A stretch of 58,468 bases of DNA, filler included, from Sphacelaria rigidula (Eukaryota), in NCBI GenBank assembly GCA_964200075.2. It is 8 parts of 8 records of this genome, joined end to end, with 100 filler letters (N's around TTAATTAATTAA, not from the genome) between each part and the next. Parts side by side here need not be neighbours in the genome. Positions count along the whole stretch, not along the records: positions 36,609 to 43,828 come from CAXNAA020015900.1; positions 43,929 to 51,148 come from CAXNAA020015901.1; 6 more parts are not named here. One strand, 5' to 3'. Numbering within the stretch: the first letter of the stretch is position 1; the number at the start of each line of letters is the position of its first letter. The notes beneath the pieces were generated by a model. The model searched no databases and had not been told where the DNA came from. It saw only the letters and a list, made by a program, of their open reading frames with translations. Positions 37,479 through 50,542 of the stretch are shown one piece after another. The position numbers were made by a program, and so were the translations under genes.

Positions 37479-38302
37479 TACACGGAGTTTGAACATATGT
37501 TCCTTGATGCCAACCCCAGACACAGACAGTAGCGCAGCATAAAATTACCATCGCACCAGGATATGGCGTCAACACTTTTTATCCGCTTGTCAAACCCCGC
37601 GCGAAGCGCAGCTCTGCAAGCACAGACAGTTCAGCAGTGCAAGGTCGCACCTGTACAGTCTCCATTTGTCGCCGTGGAAGCCGAGATACGTCTCCGCCGC
37701 CCGCGGACGTTTTGACCAGAAGCGCCCGTACGTTCACCGTTTGTCGACAGTCGACATAGGGGGGGAGTAGTTCGAATCAATCAGATCACGTACTTTAACC
37801 CCCCCTCCCATCTCAGGCACGGACGGCGTCGGCACGCACAAGCGAAGACAAAGAAGAAAGCAGCAATGAAGCTGAACCTTCTCGAGGGTGTTTAAAGTGA
37901 TTCGGAGAGCCGTTTGCCGCGTGTGATGCCTCCAACCTTTGAAAGTGCTTCGTTTGAAGTTGCGACAGTCAAGTCTGAGAAGTTGAATCAAGACCAGCGC
38001 CGGTCAAAAGGAGTCGAGCTGGGCTGTTCTTGAGACCGCTCACAGACAGAAGCGAACCACAACGCCATGAGCACCAATGAAGCTGAAACTTCTTGGGGGC
38101 GTCTCGATTGATGTTAGAAGAGCGATGTGATGGTTTTTTCGCGCAGCACGGCTTCGAATCCATTCGGGAATAAAAATTTTGTAGTTCTGGCCTTCGTTGT
38201 GAGAGCGGACGGATGGGACACTTTTTGAATTTCGATCCAGTAGAACCCTTTTCGGCCTAGGGCCTCGAAGGAATTTCGGCCTAGGGCCTCAAAGGAAGTG
38301 AT

Positions 38303-38365
38303 CACCCGACGCGTTGATATATTGAGGGGGCAATGCATATTGCATGTTGTACTGTCCAGGGTGTG
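38303..38365. mobile_element. Isolated right terminus of the CACAC...GTGTG element family
   Basis: CACCCGACGCGTTGATATATTG...ACTGTCCAGGGTGTG matches 18752-18814. Confidence 0.75.
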
Positions 38366-40067
38366 AAAAGTTCTGCTTGTTTTTCTCAAAGTTCTGATTG
38401 GTTATGCAAATATGTTTTGAAAAAAACGAGAAAGTTTTCTGTCACAGAAATCCAATGCCAAATCTGAAATGGCCTGAGGGCCTGTCTTACGAGTAGCAGT
38501 TTTCTTCTCGATCGAAAAAATGAGGTGGTGGAATCGATCTGAGCGAAAAATTCTCGTTTTGATTCAGTTGGATCCGGATGGATTTTAAAGCTTTCGATCG
38601 AAAAAAGACAGTGAAATTCGTGAAAAGGTTTGCACTGCTTGCAAGTAGGGTGTCTTGAGTGCGTGCGTGCATGTTTCGTGCAGGAGTATGTAGAGGAGAA
38701 GTGGACAACGTGCAGTGCAAACAGCCCAGGCCTATCAGTTCTCTCTGCTTACAACGCGACGTGAAAGGAACTTCAGCAACGTGCAGCTTTGTACTGCCTG
38801 CACTGTCCATGAGCGTGCACGCAACTCGCTTGTCCACCGTACCACGCAGTTCCGTCCCTGATGCCTGCCATGAGAGAAGACGCTAACCGTACAACATACC
38901 AACCACGAACGCACAACCATTGAGCCACCCTTCTATTCTTCCTGGCAACAAAAACAATTTGACGCATGTAGACGACATCGCCTCCATCAAATTGTATCCC
39001 TTCATGTGCTACATGGCCCGTCCTGCTTATCGTGATCTAAAAACCTGTACTCCCGCATCTACGTATCGAGCACGTTCCGGCGAAAACGTGAACGGACATG
39101 TGCTAACTGGCTGGCCAGAACTGGCCCATCTTGCGGTACTCATAATGCAGTCAGTACAGTATTAGAAACATGAGTTGAAAGTTGCCTAGGTACAAAAGCG
39201 GAGACAACCAAGGACTCTACACACCGAACATCAGAAAGCTAAGAGTAACGTAAACTTTCGTCTCTCTTGCGCGTGCGACTTCGTGTGATACGGCGCCGCT
39301 TCCCTTCGAAAATTTAGAGTACGCTTGCTCGATGACTTGCTTGGTGCTTGAGAAAATATTATCGATGCTGGGTGCATCTCGTTTTTCCAGCTCCACCGCA
39401 GCTGCTGTCCTGGGCTGTAGCAAGTTAACGAATGGAAGTAGTTTCTCAAACAGAAAAACTAGCTGAAGCAGTTTAATTTTCGTATGACGACCCGTACTTG
39501 TGACTTCGATGCGTGGGCAGTGGCATCATGTTGCAGGTACTGGGTACCATCCGCAGGAACGTTGCACCCGCGAACTGATTTCAACTGATTGCAGGACGCG
39601 GACAATTTGCTTTTCTGATAAAACCCCACATACCGGAGTCCCTCTGAATAGCCACGCCTCATCGCGGTACCAAGAACAAAAAAGAGTCTCCGCGATTGAT
39701 ACAGTTCCTACCTCGTACAGGTCAAGTGGCACAACGCAGTCTCGTTGCAGACAAGGCGGCCCTCGAACACCTCCGCCCATCTAGCCGAATTTTAGCAACG
39801 AGGCCTCAGCTCTCGATACGGTCAACCGCACACATTCAGCGGATAATACAGCTGGAGAAGTAGAGCAACGGTCGGCGAACATGACTCCACATAACTGACG
39901 TGTGTCCCTCATATACCAGACATGAACAGAAGGCAATCCTACATCGGCGACAGCATGCCGTAGTCTATTCGGTAAAATCTCGCCAACGGTAACAAAAGCT
40001 TCAGCTTATCAACATGGTCACCAAATTTCATTCGTTCACTTGTATCCTATTGTTCGCCAGGGTCCAT

Positions 40068-40983
40068 TCAGCTTTTCGAAACTGCCAACCTCAACCTCTC
40101 AACCAACGTCGACAACTGGCTCCGCAACTGCACGTACTCAACTTCTTGCCCCCGAACGCCGTCCCCCTTGACACACTGAACCACTTCGCATTTCCACGCC
40201 GCCTCGCGACCATGGAGAGGATCTCCCCTGTCGAGCCCTATCACATCATTCCTCGGCAACACATCGACCCTCAACCGCGCACGCGCCCCGTCTGTCTTCA
40301 GAATAATCTCCCCGCAGCCTTCGCGTACGTCTACAGCTGCCTTGCCAAACGTATCCTCAAGGGCGTGTCGAATCAGCAGCAAGGCTACTGCGCGAATCGC
40401 AGCCGGTGGCAACTCGACAACTTCACTATCTCCTGCGTCCTGTGGGTTTCCCTCTTGTACCGATGCCGGATTTTTCCCCGCGTCGCCTCCGCTTTTTGTC
40501 TCCCGCTCCTCCGTCGGTTCCTCCTCCTCGCCTCGGATTCCTTTCGGGGTAGCTCGTTTTCCTCCCGGTCCACCCCGCGCAGGTCGATTTCCCTCTTTCC
40601 TAGCGTCACCAAACTCACCTGCTGGCACATCCTTCTCCCCATCGTCACCATTTTCAACCTCCCTACTTCTGGTTTTTCCCTCCGCCTCCGCTGTCCCGTC
40701 CCTTCCACCCCGCTCGGTAGTTATACTCCGACCGTTATTCGCATCCCCCTCGGCAACATCTTCCCCTTCTGTCGTCATGCCACGCCTTCTGCTTCGCGTG
40801 TCTACACGCACTGCATCCCCCGCTGCAGATGGTCCGCTTCCCGCCCGGACGTCGTGGTCATCAACTTCCATCTTCATCACGTCGTCGGTGCTGCCATGTC
40901 GACTGCCCTCCGCTTGGGGAGAGGGGTGGCAGTGATGGTGATGATGGTGGTGACCCCCCGTTGTCAGAGATATGCCTCCAGGG
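40068..40983 (-). CDS. CPSF3: CPSF73 (CPSF3/Ysh1) terminal exon, C-terminal domain with a long low-complexity insertion
   Basis: Acceptor cacag|C CCT. The C-terminus LLIRHALEDTFGKAAVDVREG.GEIILKTDGARARLRV...CEVVQC...LRSQLSTLVERLRLAV resembles the CPSF73 C-terminal pattern L.D.FG...V...VDG..A.....V.C....LR..V....RL. Phase matches the upstream exon. Confidence 0.8.
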
Positions 40984-41644
40984 CTGTGTGTGTGCCATGA
41001 ATGCAAAGGGGGGTACAGGATCATCATGAGAAAACCGTGGTTACTTTTCAAGATGACCGATGGGTGAAGAGAGAGACAACGGTTCTCGGCCGGGAAAAGG
41101 AGCTATGGGTGGCGGGGGGAGGCGGCGACAACCAAATAATACAGGGAACAGCTAACTCTGAGCACACATGCTTTGTACTTCGAGATCTTCTCCGCTGACA
41201 GTCCCGTGATTTCTTGGAGGGTGACTCTGGCAATCGTGAATAAGCAATAAAAGGATACGGGTCGCTAGCGGAAGTGCTGGAGAGTGTTTCTCATAATTGA
41301 GAAAGGAGAGCGCATACTTTATTGCGTTCTACTGCGTGTGGCGACATCCTCGTACGTGCATGATAACATGACCTGGCGCTATGGCCGCTTTTGTCTTGCT
41401 GTGGTGTGAATAAATATGTATGCTCCCTTCATAGCTTGTGCACGAATACAAGCATTGCGCGCGGTGAATGCGTGGCATTGACTTTTTTGCTGCAGATGTT
41501 GCCTCTCCAACAACAAGCATCCTGAACCTCATTAAATATGTCCACCTTTTAGGCATCCAACTATAGGTCCGAGGAGTACAATGCTCAAGTTTTCATCCAG
41601 GCGAAGACTCAACTTTTTGTATGCGAATGTACTGGTATAAAGTC

Positions 41645-42013
41645 AGCCGCCCCGGTGACTCAGTAACCTCGAAACCTTCTGGCAATTCGGACGGGGGTTC
41701 GAAACTCAGTCAGGCCACCCTATCTGGGATGTATTCTCGCATCATGCCCAAGGGTGGAGAACGATGTCGTGGGTGCACAAAAACTCGACTTCACGGTCGA
41801 CGAGGAAAAGGGACAATTGAATCCTGTTCACGATAAAAAAAAAAGTAAAGCAAGCACCGCAGAAAAACGGTGGAGTGCTACAACAAAATAAAATATAATC
41901 AATTCATGCACTGATTCACCTCCCTGCCGGGTGACCCCGGCTGGTGCGCTGACATGTACCGAAAGGTGTAGACTCGCGTCCAGAATCGACGGGATGACAA
42001 CGTTAACACACAC
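41645..42013 (+). mobile_element. tRNA-derived SINE in the CPSF3 intron
   Basis: Head GCCGCCCCGGTGACTCAGT (A-box-like) and GGTTCGAAACT (B-box-like, ~41696); body shared with 37120-37478; tail AACACACAC. Confidence 0.6.
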
Positions 42014-43403
42014 GAGGACATGTTTGCAATGTTTTCGTCACCATCTGTCGATTGCAGTTTCGGAGCAACCTTCAGCTTGTCGAATCTCGCTCGACCCTCG
42101 CAAGCACGCATCACCTCTACAGCGATCGATATGTCACCACCGCTCAAGAACGACCCGAGTTCCTTTTCCAACGCAAGCCGTTACAAGTAACAACGTAAAT
42201 CATTCATGATGACCGCGTGAATTGCTGGTCAGACGTCGATGGGAAACGGCCAGACGATCCAAATGCGGCCTGGGGCAGCATGTTAGCCCAAAGTTAAGTA
42301 AGTGCTGTGAACATCGTGGACCTGCCTCTATCCAGAACCGGCCGTCCGGCTGGAGTATCTAGACCAATATCGTAAGAACAGAAGACCAGGATGAAGAAGC
42401 CAGAACGACCAGCGGAGTCCCAGAATACAAATGAAGAATCCATGAACGATTTGTTCGAGTTCTAACGCGCCATACAACGCGGCGCATAAACTCAATACGT
42501 GGCCTCCGTGAGCATAATATCGTCAGAGGCATTGCCGCCAGGAGCGCGGCTCACCACTGCAATTCTTCTCTCGGCCCAGAACTCACTCGCGTCTGCAGTC
42601 CTCAAGATATGAACAGCATTGCTGGACCACACTCGCACACGCAACGAAACACACCATGAGAGTCACTTTCGGTCACTCTTTCTTTGCAACATCAATCCTT
42701 TGGGCGTGTAACTCCCTACTCACGAGTAATTCAGGCGTTACTCCCGCGGAATGAATCCTTACCCGAAATGAGGCCGAGGTAGCAAACTCAATCTTGTCGA
42801 TAGCAGCGCTATCACTGTCGAGATAACAACGAGAGAGGCGTGTGTGCGATGCGGTATGTTGATCCAACCATCAGTGCACCGTTATAAAAACAGCCGGTGA
42901 AAGTCGGGTTTATTATAGCCCCCGGGACTGATCACGTGGCATTTGCTTCCACACAAACAGATGTCGCCCGGAATTAGGCCGTTTCACAACACTTAGCCTT
43001 GTGTGGATCATCGTGGCCATTGTCGGAATACCGAAGGGTGCTTTGGGTGTGCACGGTAGTACGTGATCGTGGTTTGAACAAGTTGTGAACTGTACGACGA
43101 CCAATTGCCCGAGAATTTGCGTTTGGTTGGGTCGTGCGCCTGGCTGCGCCGTGACACGGCCTCGAAAATCACAAAGAGAACACGTTGATCAATTTGTCAG
43201 TTGGAACCATCTCACATAGAGTGGCAGAGTGTTCCGGAAAGTGAGCCTTTGCGGCGAGCGGAGCCATATGAATGTTGCGGAAAGTAGATATTTTTGCGGC
43301 GAGCGGAGCCATTTGAACCCCCCACCCGAAAGCCACGGTTTCAGTCCCCTCTCGCCAACCAACATTGCCTACGGCATTTCAGACAACCGCAATGAACCAT
43401 CAC

Positions 43404-43493
43404 CTCGTTTGCGCCTGAGCTGCAAGAGCCACGATTGAATCGGCCAGCATGTCGTTGACCGGGCTTGCGTCCCATTCCAGCAAAAGCTTCGTC
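43404..43493 (-). CDS. CPSF3: CPSF73 (CPSF3) penultimate exon
   Basis: gtcag|G...ACGAG|gtgat; reads TKLLLEWDASPVNDMLADSIVALAAQAQT(S), the LEW..sP.ND..AD motif of the CPSF73-100 C-terminal domain. AG+C splices to Ser, then PGGISLT. Confidence 0.85.
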
Positions 43494-44230
43494 CTGACAA
43501 CGCGGTACAAGAAATGAAAAAAGCGACGACGTGGCAACAGCACTTTCCAATCGGCGCGACTATCAGACCCACCCACCAAGAAACAAGACGGTTTGAATCG
43601 TTCTGTGCGTATGCGCCGCACTTTGTTTAGCTAATCCGAAGTGCTCTCGGCTGCATGCATTTCGACATCAACCCACGAGCGTGCTTTTTCTTTGTCCCAC
43701 ACCTCCAGTGTGGCAATAGCCTCAAGGAGGTCTGCCAACTGCATCCAATACCCACAGCATATTAGCGACATCTCACGGGGGGATGAAGGGGGGGAGGGGG
43801 TGGGGGGTGGTGGGGAAGGGGGGGGTTGNNNNNNNNNNNNNNNNNNNNNNNNNNNNNNNNNNNNNNNNNNNNTTAATTAATTAANNNNNNNNNNNNNNNN
43901 NNNNNNNNNNNNNNNNNNNNNNNNNNNNACATACAGTTTTTTGGCCGTAAAGATTATGTCACTCTATAGCTTTGCAATTTTTTGGAGTCATCGTAAAATT
44001 GGGGGGGGGGGGTAGGGTATTTTGGGCCACTTCTCGCACGAAATTTCAGCAATCAAATCGTCCTTGAAAGGAGCAACGGTTGCTCGAAAGGGCTTGTTGA
44101 AGATGTATAACGCTCGCTCAGACCGATTGACACCGTTTTGAACCAACAACAAGCGCATCGCGAGTGTGGCAGGTTGTCTGACACACTTTTGAGCCTCTTT
44201 TTTCGTGCAATCAAATACCTCGCCCCCTAT

Positions 44231-44272
44231 GACTAAGGCAAGCAACAAATGAGTACGCCCCCCCCCCCCCCC
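44231..44272 (+). mobile_element. Ultra-short LINE 3'-end insertion with CCCCCTAT duplication
   Basis: GACTAAGGCAAGCAACAAATGAGTACG plus a C-run, flanked by CCCCCTAT at 44223-44230 and 44268-44275. Confidence 0.7.
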
Positions 44273-45123
44273 TATCGTAGGATGACTCTTTTTATTATTG
44301 CAATGGTCATCGAAAGACTGTTTGCTAAATCCAGTTGATGACGGCGACGGCGATTGATAGATTATATATCAAATCTATTGATGACGGCAATCACGATTGG
44401 TAGATTGCGTACGAAATCTATTATTGTTGATGGCAATGAATATCGACAGATATTCTCTGTCGTCTACCGCCACACCTACATTGCAACATGATATGCTATA
44501 CAAGGTTCTCCTTTGGGAGGTTGGTACGGGCCTCCCGGGGGTGATACAAGTCGAAAATATATGGTCAAGAGAAGCTACTACTGTTGTATCTTGATGTACA
44601 GTAGTGATCGTGGCTGTACAAAACATCGCGCGTGTCATTGGATGTCGTTCGGAAATATGGGATTTCGGACGGAGGCCGACGGCGGGACCGCTGGTGTAGG
44701 ACATGTGTCGTATACCCAAGGTGCAAGAGTGCGAAGTAGCTCTCGTGCCGCAAAGACATGACAGCGGGATGCACCTCCCGAAAAGTTGGAATGCGTGGAA
44801 CATTCTTGGCATGTTCTTTGTACATTACTACTGTGGCTTCCACATCACCGGGCCTTTTTTTACAACGGGGTGATTATTTTTTGCGGCAAAACATTCCTGT
44901 GCTGTCATGCTGCTGCGACTTGCTCAACTCGCCAACGGCCCATTGCACGGTCTCGTGTTTGCTGCTGACTAAGGCGAAGGCAATGTTCAATTGTTTTCAA
45001 CTGCTTTGCTCTCATATTCTCGTGACATTGGCGGCATAGTCGGTGTGTTCGTGCTCCCAAATGAACAAGAACGCGACAAGGAGAAACATGAGGGGGAAAT
45101 ACTCCGCCAAAAATAATCATGTT

Positions 45124-45298
45124 TCAATCTTTTTCATGATCTTCAACAGGCTTTTGTGGTTTGGGTTCCCGTTTCAAGTTTTCCATGATCTTGAAGAGGT
45201 TTTTGTGGTTCGGGATCGACACCCCGCGAAAAAGGGCCAGCTTGAGCGACTTTTGGTGGCCATAACACGCGTCACAGGTATCAGATGACGCCCAAACC
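45124..45298 (-). CDS. Possible terminal exon of an unknown gene
   Basis: cattcag|GTT then stop-free VWASSDTCDACYGHQKSLKLALFRGVSIPNHKNLFKIMENLKREPKPQKPVEDHEKD*. No recognised homolog. Confidence 0.3.
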
Positions 45299-45618
45299 TG
45301 AATGGTAATGTACCGCTGAGCCTTCTCAGTGCGCTGCAAAAGAAAGCGTGGGGAAAAATGTCTTGCCGCTAGAGAAAACTCGGCATAAGTGGTGAAATAT
45401 GTGAAATGATACATGTGTATACACCATGTATAGAGCGTACTATACTTTGTTGAAGTACAGTATACAGTAGAGAAGTCGCGAGTGAACGTGCAGTGGGTTT
45501 TTGAGGATACTACTTGTGAAAATCTGACGCCACGATTCTGCAAATTTGAAACGGTTGTATTTTGCGTGTAGGAATCCATTACATGTGTGGACAAACGTTT
45601 ACACGGTTTGGACGAACT

Positions 45619-46962
45619 AGAGTTCACACAGGTTGAATCCTAATGAATGTTCGAGTGCGAATCATGTACCAATGAGCCATCCGGTACGAATCACGAATGG
45701 TGAAGTTGTATATTAAAGGTCATGCCGCACGAATCATGGACTTGAAATGTGTACATTTCAGGTTGTGTAACACGAATCAGTATTGAAAAACACGTACGAA
45801 TCGTCGATGGAAAACACATAATCATGATTCATCCCCCATGAGCCAAAGGGTGGGCCACATGTACCCATGAGTCATCCCGCATGAAAACGAGGGGGGGAAA
45901 TTGTACCGATGATTCATCCCACATGAACTTGATGGGAGGAATATGTACTCACGATTCATCTCGCATGAACTAAAGGGTAGGATATATGTATCAACGATTC
46001 ATGACGTATGAATCGAAGGTAGGAGACATGTATCAATGATTCATCATGCATGAACGCAAGGGTGGGTGGCATGTACGTACGATTCATCCCGAATGTACGA
46101 AAGGGGATACATGTGTACTCATGATTCATGCCGTATGAGGACAAGGGGAGAAACATGTATCCATGATTCATGGATTCATGATAAAAAAGGGAGAATACGT
46201 ACCCTTGGTTTATACCGGATGATTGGAAGGTGAGGAACATAACACATGATTCATGTTGTATGAAGGCAGGGTGGAAATCACCTGTCCACGATTCATGACT
46301 CATGAATCACGGGTGGAAAGCGTGAAAAAATTGCCGCCCTCTGCGGGACCGTACGATTTGTTTCATGTGTGAACCAAGAAGCCACTACACACATGATGGA
46401 TGTTTAAAAAAGACACCTCAAACTACACAACTTGAAGTACGATACTAATTTGCGTATCCCCCCCCTTTCTCAATGGTCTTATGACTATGGCATGCATGAT
46501 CATGAGTACACCCCCCCCTTTCCCCGCAAATACTTCTGGGTGTCATCCACACCGAGATACCTCACGGCAGATGTACATGCGATTCATGCCGAATGAACTA
46601 AGCGTTGGGCGACGTGTACACATGGTTCGTCCCGCATGAACTTAAGGGCGGGCAGATGTACGTGCAATTCATGCCGAATGAAGTCAGCTTTGGGCGACAT
46701 GTACACATGATTCGTTCCACATAAACTGAAGGAGATAATCGTGTGCTCATGATTTACCCTCTATGAAGGGAAGGTAGGAAACATGTGCCTTCCACGGTGT
46801 ACCACACGAATCAAGAACTCGGAATATTTACACTTCAAATTTGTGTCGTACGAATCACGAACTCAAAACATGTACGAATCACGAATGATGTATGAATCGT
46901 ATGATACATTCGTTCAAATGATGAACACAAGTTGAATCACGATTGAATCTGCCCGAACTGTG
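45619..46962. mobile_element. Putative non-autonomous TIR element with ~42-bp GATTCAT/ATGAA periodic arrays
   Basis: Imperfect ends TAGAGTTCACACAGGTTGAATC and (reverse complement) CACAGTTCGGGCAGATTCAATC, 15/22 identical. Internal units start at 45826, 45869, 45911, 45953, 45996, 46038, 46081, 46123, 46165, 46248, 46290; a second block spans ~46570-46790. Confidence 0.6.
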
Positions 46963-49245
46963 AAAGTTTACGAGTTTTGTTGTTGGTGTGGTGCCGGTAC
47001 TCAGGGTTTCCCTCTGATGGACATGAGCGGCAGGTACCTCGAGATGGTGCAATTTTTGCCGGACCGAAAGTCAGCAGGAAGTGACATGCTTCGAAGTCCT
47101 CGTCTAGCCTCCGAGCGGACAGGTGATGAGCGATTTTGTATATTTTTCCGCGTCAGTTCAAACGTTGCGGCGAGACTGACGACAGCATAAGATGGATGCC
47201 AGGATAGCTCCCCCATAAAACTGGATGGTTTGAGGAGGCAAAATATAGATGTAAATTAAAATGACAAAAGTCGAGCACACCGAGTAGCTGGGAACTCCCA
47301 CGCCCGGAATCATTTTCGTCAATGTCGGCCATATGAGGCGCTTCATGCAGCCTGAAACCAGCTACCATGCGCTGTATGGCCATTTTCTTCGCGGCAGTTC
47401 TGGAGCTGGTCCGGCGGGGGGGGCTAGGGCGGCGGAGTATCGTGATTCTCTGCATGTCTGGTGTTAACGTACACACGCAAAGCAGTTGGGGTTGTTACGC
47501 GCAGACTTGACGCGGTGAGCACAAGAGGCACGTAGAAAGGCGGAGATTCGTGAAATCGAATGTGTCTATTCTGTACAGCAAATTCTTTAATCGGTTCGCA
47601 TCACATCAGGCACCGTAAATGTCGCTGTTCCGTGGATTCAACGTGCTGAAACGTGTGCGCAACTTGCATCTTCCGTAGCTATCTGCTGGGCTCGGCCAGG
47701 ATCAATGCGCGAAGAAAAGCGCTGTGTAGCTCGAACCCGACACTGTTACAGTGCTGGTGCGAGATGTAGGCAAGTCGCGTGTGCACACGTACTTCGAACG
47801 TCGCAGCCTGCGCAACAGCAACGCCCTCCCCGGTGCCACAGATGCCTGCCACAAGACGACTTCCTGATGGGTCGCGGACCCGCCGAGCTGTAGTCCATCT
47901 TGAACAGTTTCAATAATCTCACAGTCCTCGTGGGAGAACCCTTTCTGCCCCCTTGCACTTGGGATTGAGTTCACGTCAATAATAAATATCGTCGTCACAA
48001 TCGGAGAGTTGGATGAGAGAAGAAGATACACACGGACCGACTACCTCTACCGTAAAACGTATAACAAGAGCAACACGACCTCACGCGCTATGCCACTTTG
48101 GAAAGCATGGAGACCATTAACTTTTCAGGCCCTTCATCGTCGGTTTGGCATGACCGTAGATATCCGGCACGCGCAAACCAACCACGAATCCGACGCAACA
48201 AGTTGTTGTTCTGTCATGTGCTCGTTTGAGGGAGTTTCCCATCAAGCCCCTGCACATATTGAAAAGGTCGTCACCGCAGTACATCTTTGCATATTTAGTC
48301 GACGATTTCGCGACCTTTCTACCTCCTTCACAAATTAGACATGAACGACATCGTTCGTTCACGGTCCATTTCAAGGGTCGAACAAGTCAACGATTCGTCT
48401 GAAAATTACTTGGTTCTAGTGTAATTGATTCGAATCGTACGAATGAATCCCTAGGCTTTGTTTTCAGCGTTGAAACCCAGGTACACGCAGCCCAGACACA
48501 TGGAACGGCGCAAAAATTGCGTGGATACCTATTGGCCCAGCGGTCAACTTTTTTTCTCCCCTTTGGGCAATCAGGCCGAAGAAATCGTGAATTTGGTGAT
48601 TCGAACCCGTGATGATTCGTCCTAACCGTGGTCCATTTAGAGGGAAGGCCACGTGTCGTTCTAACGATACGTGCTTTCTACATTTCTCTACTTTCCGTCC
48701 ACTTTGTCACATTATCATTGGTTGCTTGTTCTAGTTCCTTCTTTGTACAATGATCACCCCCTTGTAGACCTACTCCACTCGTGCAATTTGACTTTCTACA
48801 CTTGTTCTTATGAAGAACGTTATTACAACCGTCCGTAGCCAGAAAGGTGAAGAATGGAAAATAAAACGCAAAAACAAGAAGATTGAAACGACACGCAACA
48901 TCCACGATAGAAAAGGCCTTGCATGTAGACAAGAAACGCCACTACTTGCTGCATCTAAGCACAAGACTTCATACGTGCCCGTAGTGCGAGCCTAGTCCGG
49001 CGAGCACCCGATGCCCCCTTTATTGCTCCTGACAGGCGTGAAGAAACGCACATAAACCCAACTTGACCCAAAAAAGTAGCCTGCCTATCTCAGCTTTGCA
49101 CCCAACGAATGTGCGAAATACAGTATCCGAGATACTTCCGACTGGGTAGAAGGCACCTCCTTCAAAACGTCCGCTCTATTAGGGCTCACATAACATTTCG
49201 TTGCGTTTCACTTGGGGCCAATACATACATAGAGCAGATTCTCTC

Positions 49246-49469
49246 TCAAAAACGGCCAGACGAACTCGGTCTAGATCCAATCCCCGCCCCACCACCACCC
49301 GCAGCAGTTCGGATCCTGCTAGGTGGGGGCATCATGCGTGGATATCGCGACATAACGCCGGCGATTTGTTCCCCTGGGGCATTGGCGCCGATGGGCTCCA
49401 ACCTTGCAGACGATTGACAACAACTCGCCATCCCTCTCCGTCTCCACTCTGCATCAGTACCCCTTGCGC
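49246..49469 (-). CDS. DUF4795-like protein, terminal exon C
   Basis: aaacag|GC, phase 1 matching exon B; reads GARGTDAEWRRRGMASCCQSSARLEPIG...SRPSSSGRF*. Confidence 0.6.
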
Positions 49470-49794
49470 CTGTTTGATGTGGGTAGAGTTGGGACCGTCA
49501 TAACGCAGACAGTGGCAAAAAGGAAGTTTGTGGAACACAAGAAGGAAACACCGGATGATATGTGCTGACAAGACAAGCCTGCCCGCATCTCTTCTCTGAT
49601 CATCCCCCCTCCCCTGCCCCTCCACCGGGAACACAAAATTGGAATACTTTTGTCGTTTCTTCGGTTCCAAACGTGCACAAGGGGTGGAGAAATTCGACGG
49701 AGCAGCTATCCCGCTCGGGTATTTAGTTTCTTCATATATCCTCGTAAACATTTCTGCCGCCCCTGCCTACCACATCCCGTTTGCACAAGCTCAC

Positions 49795-50201
49795 CGGTGG
49801 GAGGAGACTCCGGGGCGTCACCAAAACCGCCGTCTATCGTTCCGGGAGGCGTGTTAAGCCTTGTTGAGCTGCCAGCACCCCATCCCACCACATCGCTCTC
49901 GGTATCCGCGTGCGATGCCGAGTTAGAGGGACTTCCAGGACGAGACTTCGACGCACCGCTACTTGCTGGTCTCCCATACCTCTGGGGGCTTGGAGGCATG
50001 CCGGCCCCGCCTACAGAAAGCATTCCCTTTGCACCGAGTTTTGGGGGACCCGGGGGGCCAATCGCTGGAAGAGGCCGGTCGCAGGATAAACAGCGAAACT
50101 TGGAGTTTAGGCGGGATGCTAGCACCGCGGAAGTCTCGTCCGGTTTGTTCTCGTCGTTGTTCGACTGATCTCCACCGCCACTTGAGATGAGTGCAGCTAG
50201 T
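49795..50201 (-). CDS. DUF4795-like protein, exon B with the CLSCDRP motif
   Basis: ctccag|A...ACCG|gtgag, phase-compatible with exon A; reads LAALISSGGGDQ...ASRLNSKFRCLSCDRPLP... Confidence 0.75.
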
Positions 50202-50542
50202 CTGGAGTCGAGAGCGTCGGAATTGATGGGGAAGGAAAGTTCAGGTTCTAACTTATGACAACGTGGTGGCGGTAGGAGTGTTATGATGGTCGTCGTCGTG
50301 GTCGTGGAGGGACGGGGGGGGCGGTTATTTATGAAATACTTTGCGGTAATTTTTTGGATATAGTTCGCAGCACATTGGAGTGCTTCCCATGATTCTGTTA
50401 TTATGAGGGAGGTTTACTTGTGAAACTAAACAACTCTCACTAGGCTCAGCAGATCAAAAGTGGTAGACTTCGCTAAAGCTTACTACGATCCTCTACAGGA
50501 AAAATATATGCGACCACAACCCTTTACTGGCCATACACTTAC

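Noticed and set aside
40014..41000. 328-aa and 197-aa plus-strand ORFs
   Set aside because: Antisense shadows of the GC-rich CPSF73 terminal exon.
42020..43150. Possible degenerate retroelement coding remnant in the CPSF3 intron
   Set aside because: Coding-like composition but no diagnostic RT, integrase or endonuclease motif could be read.
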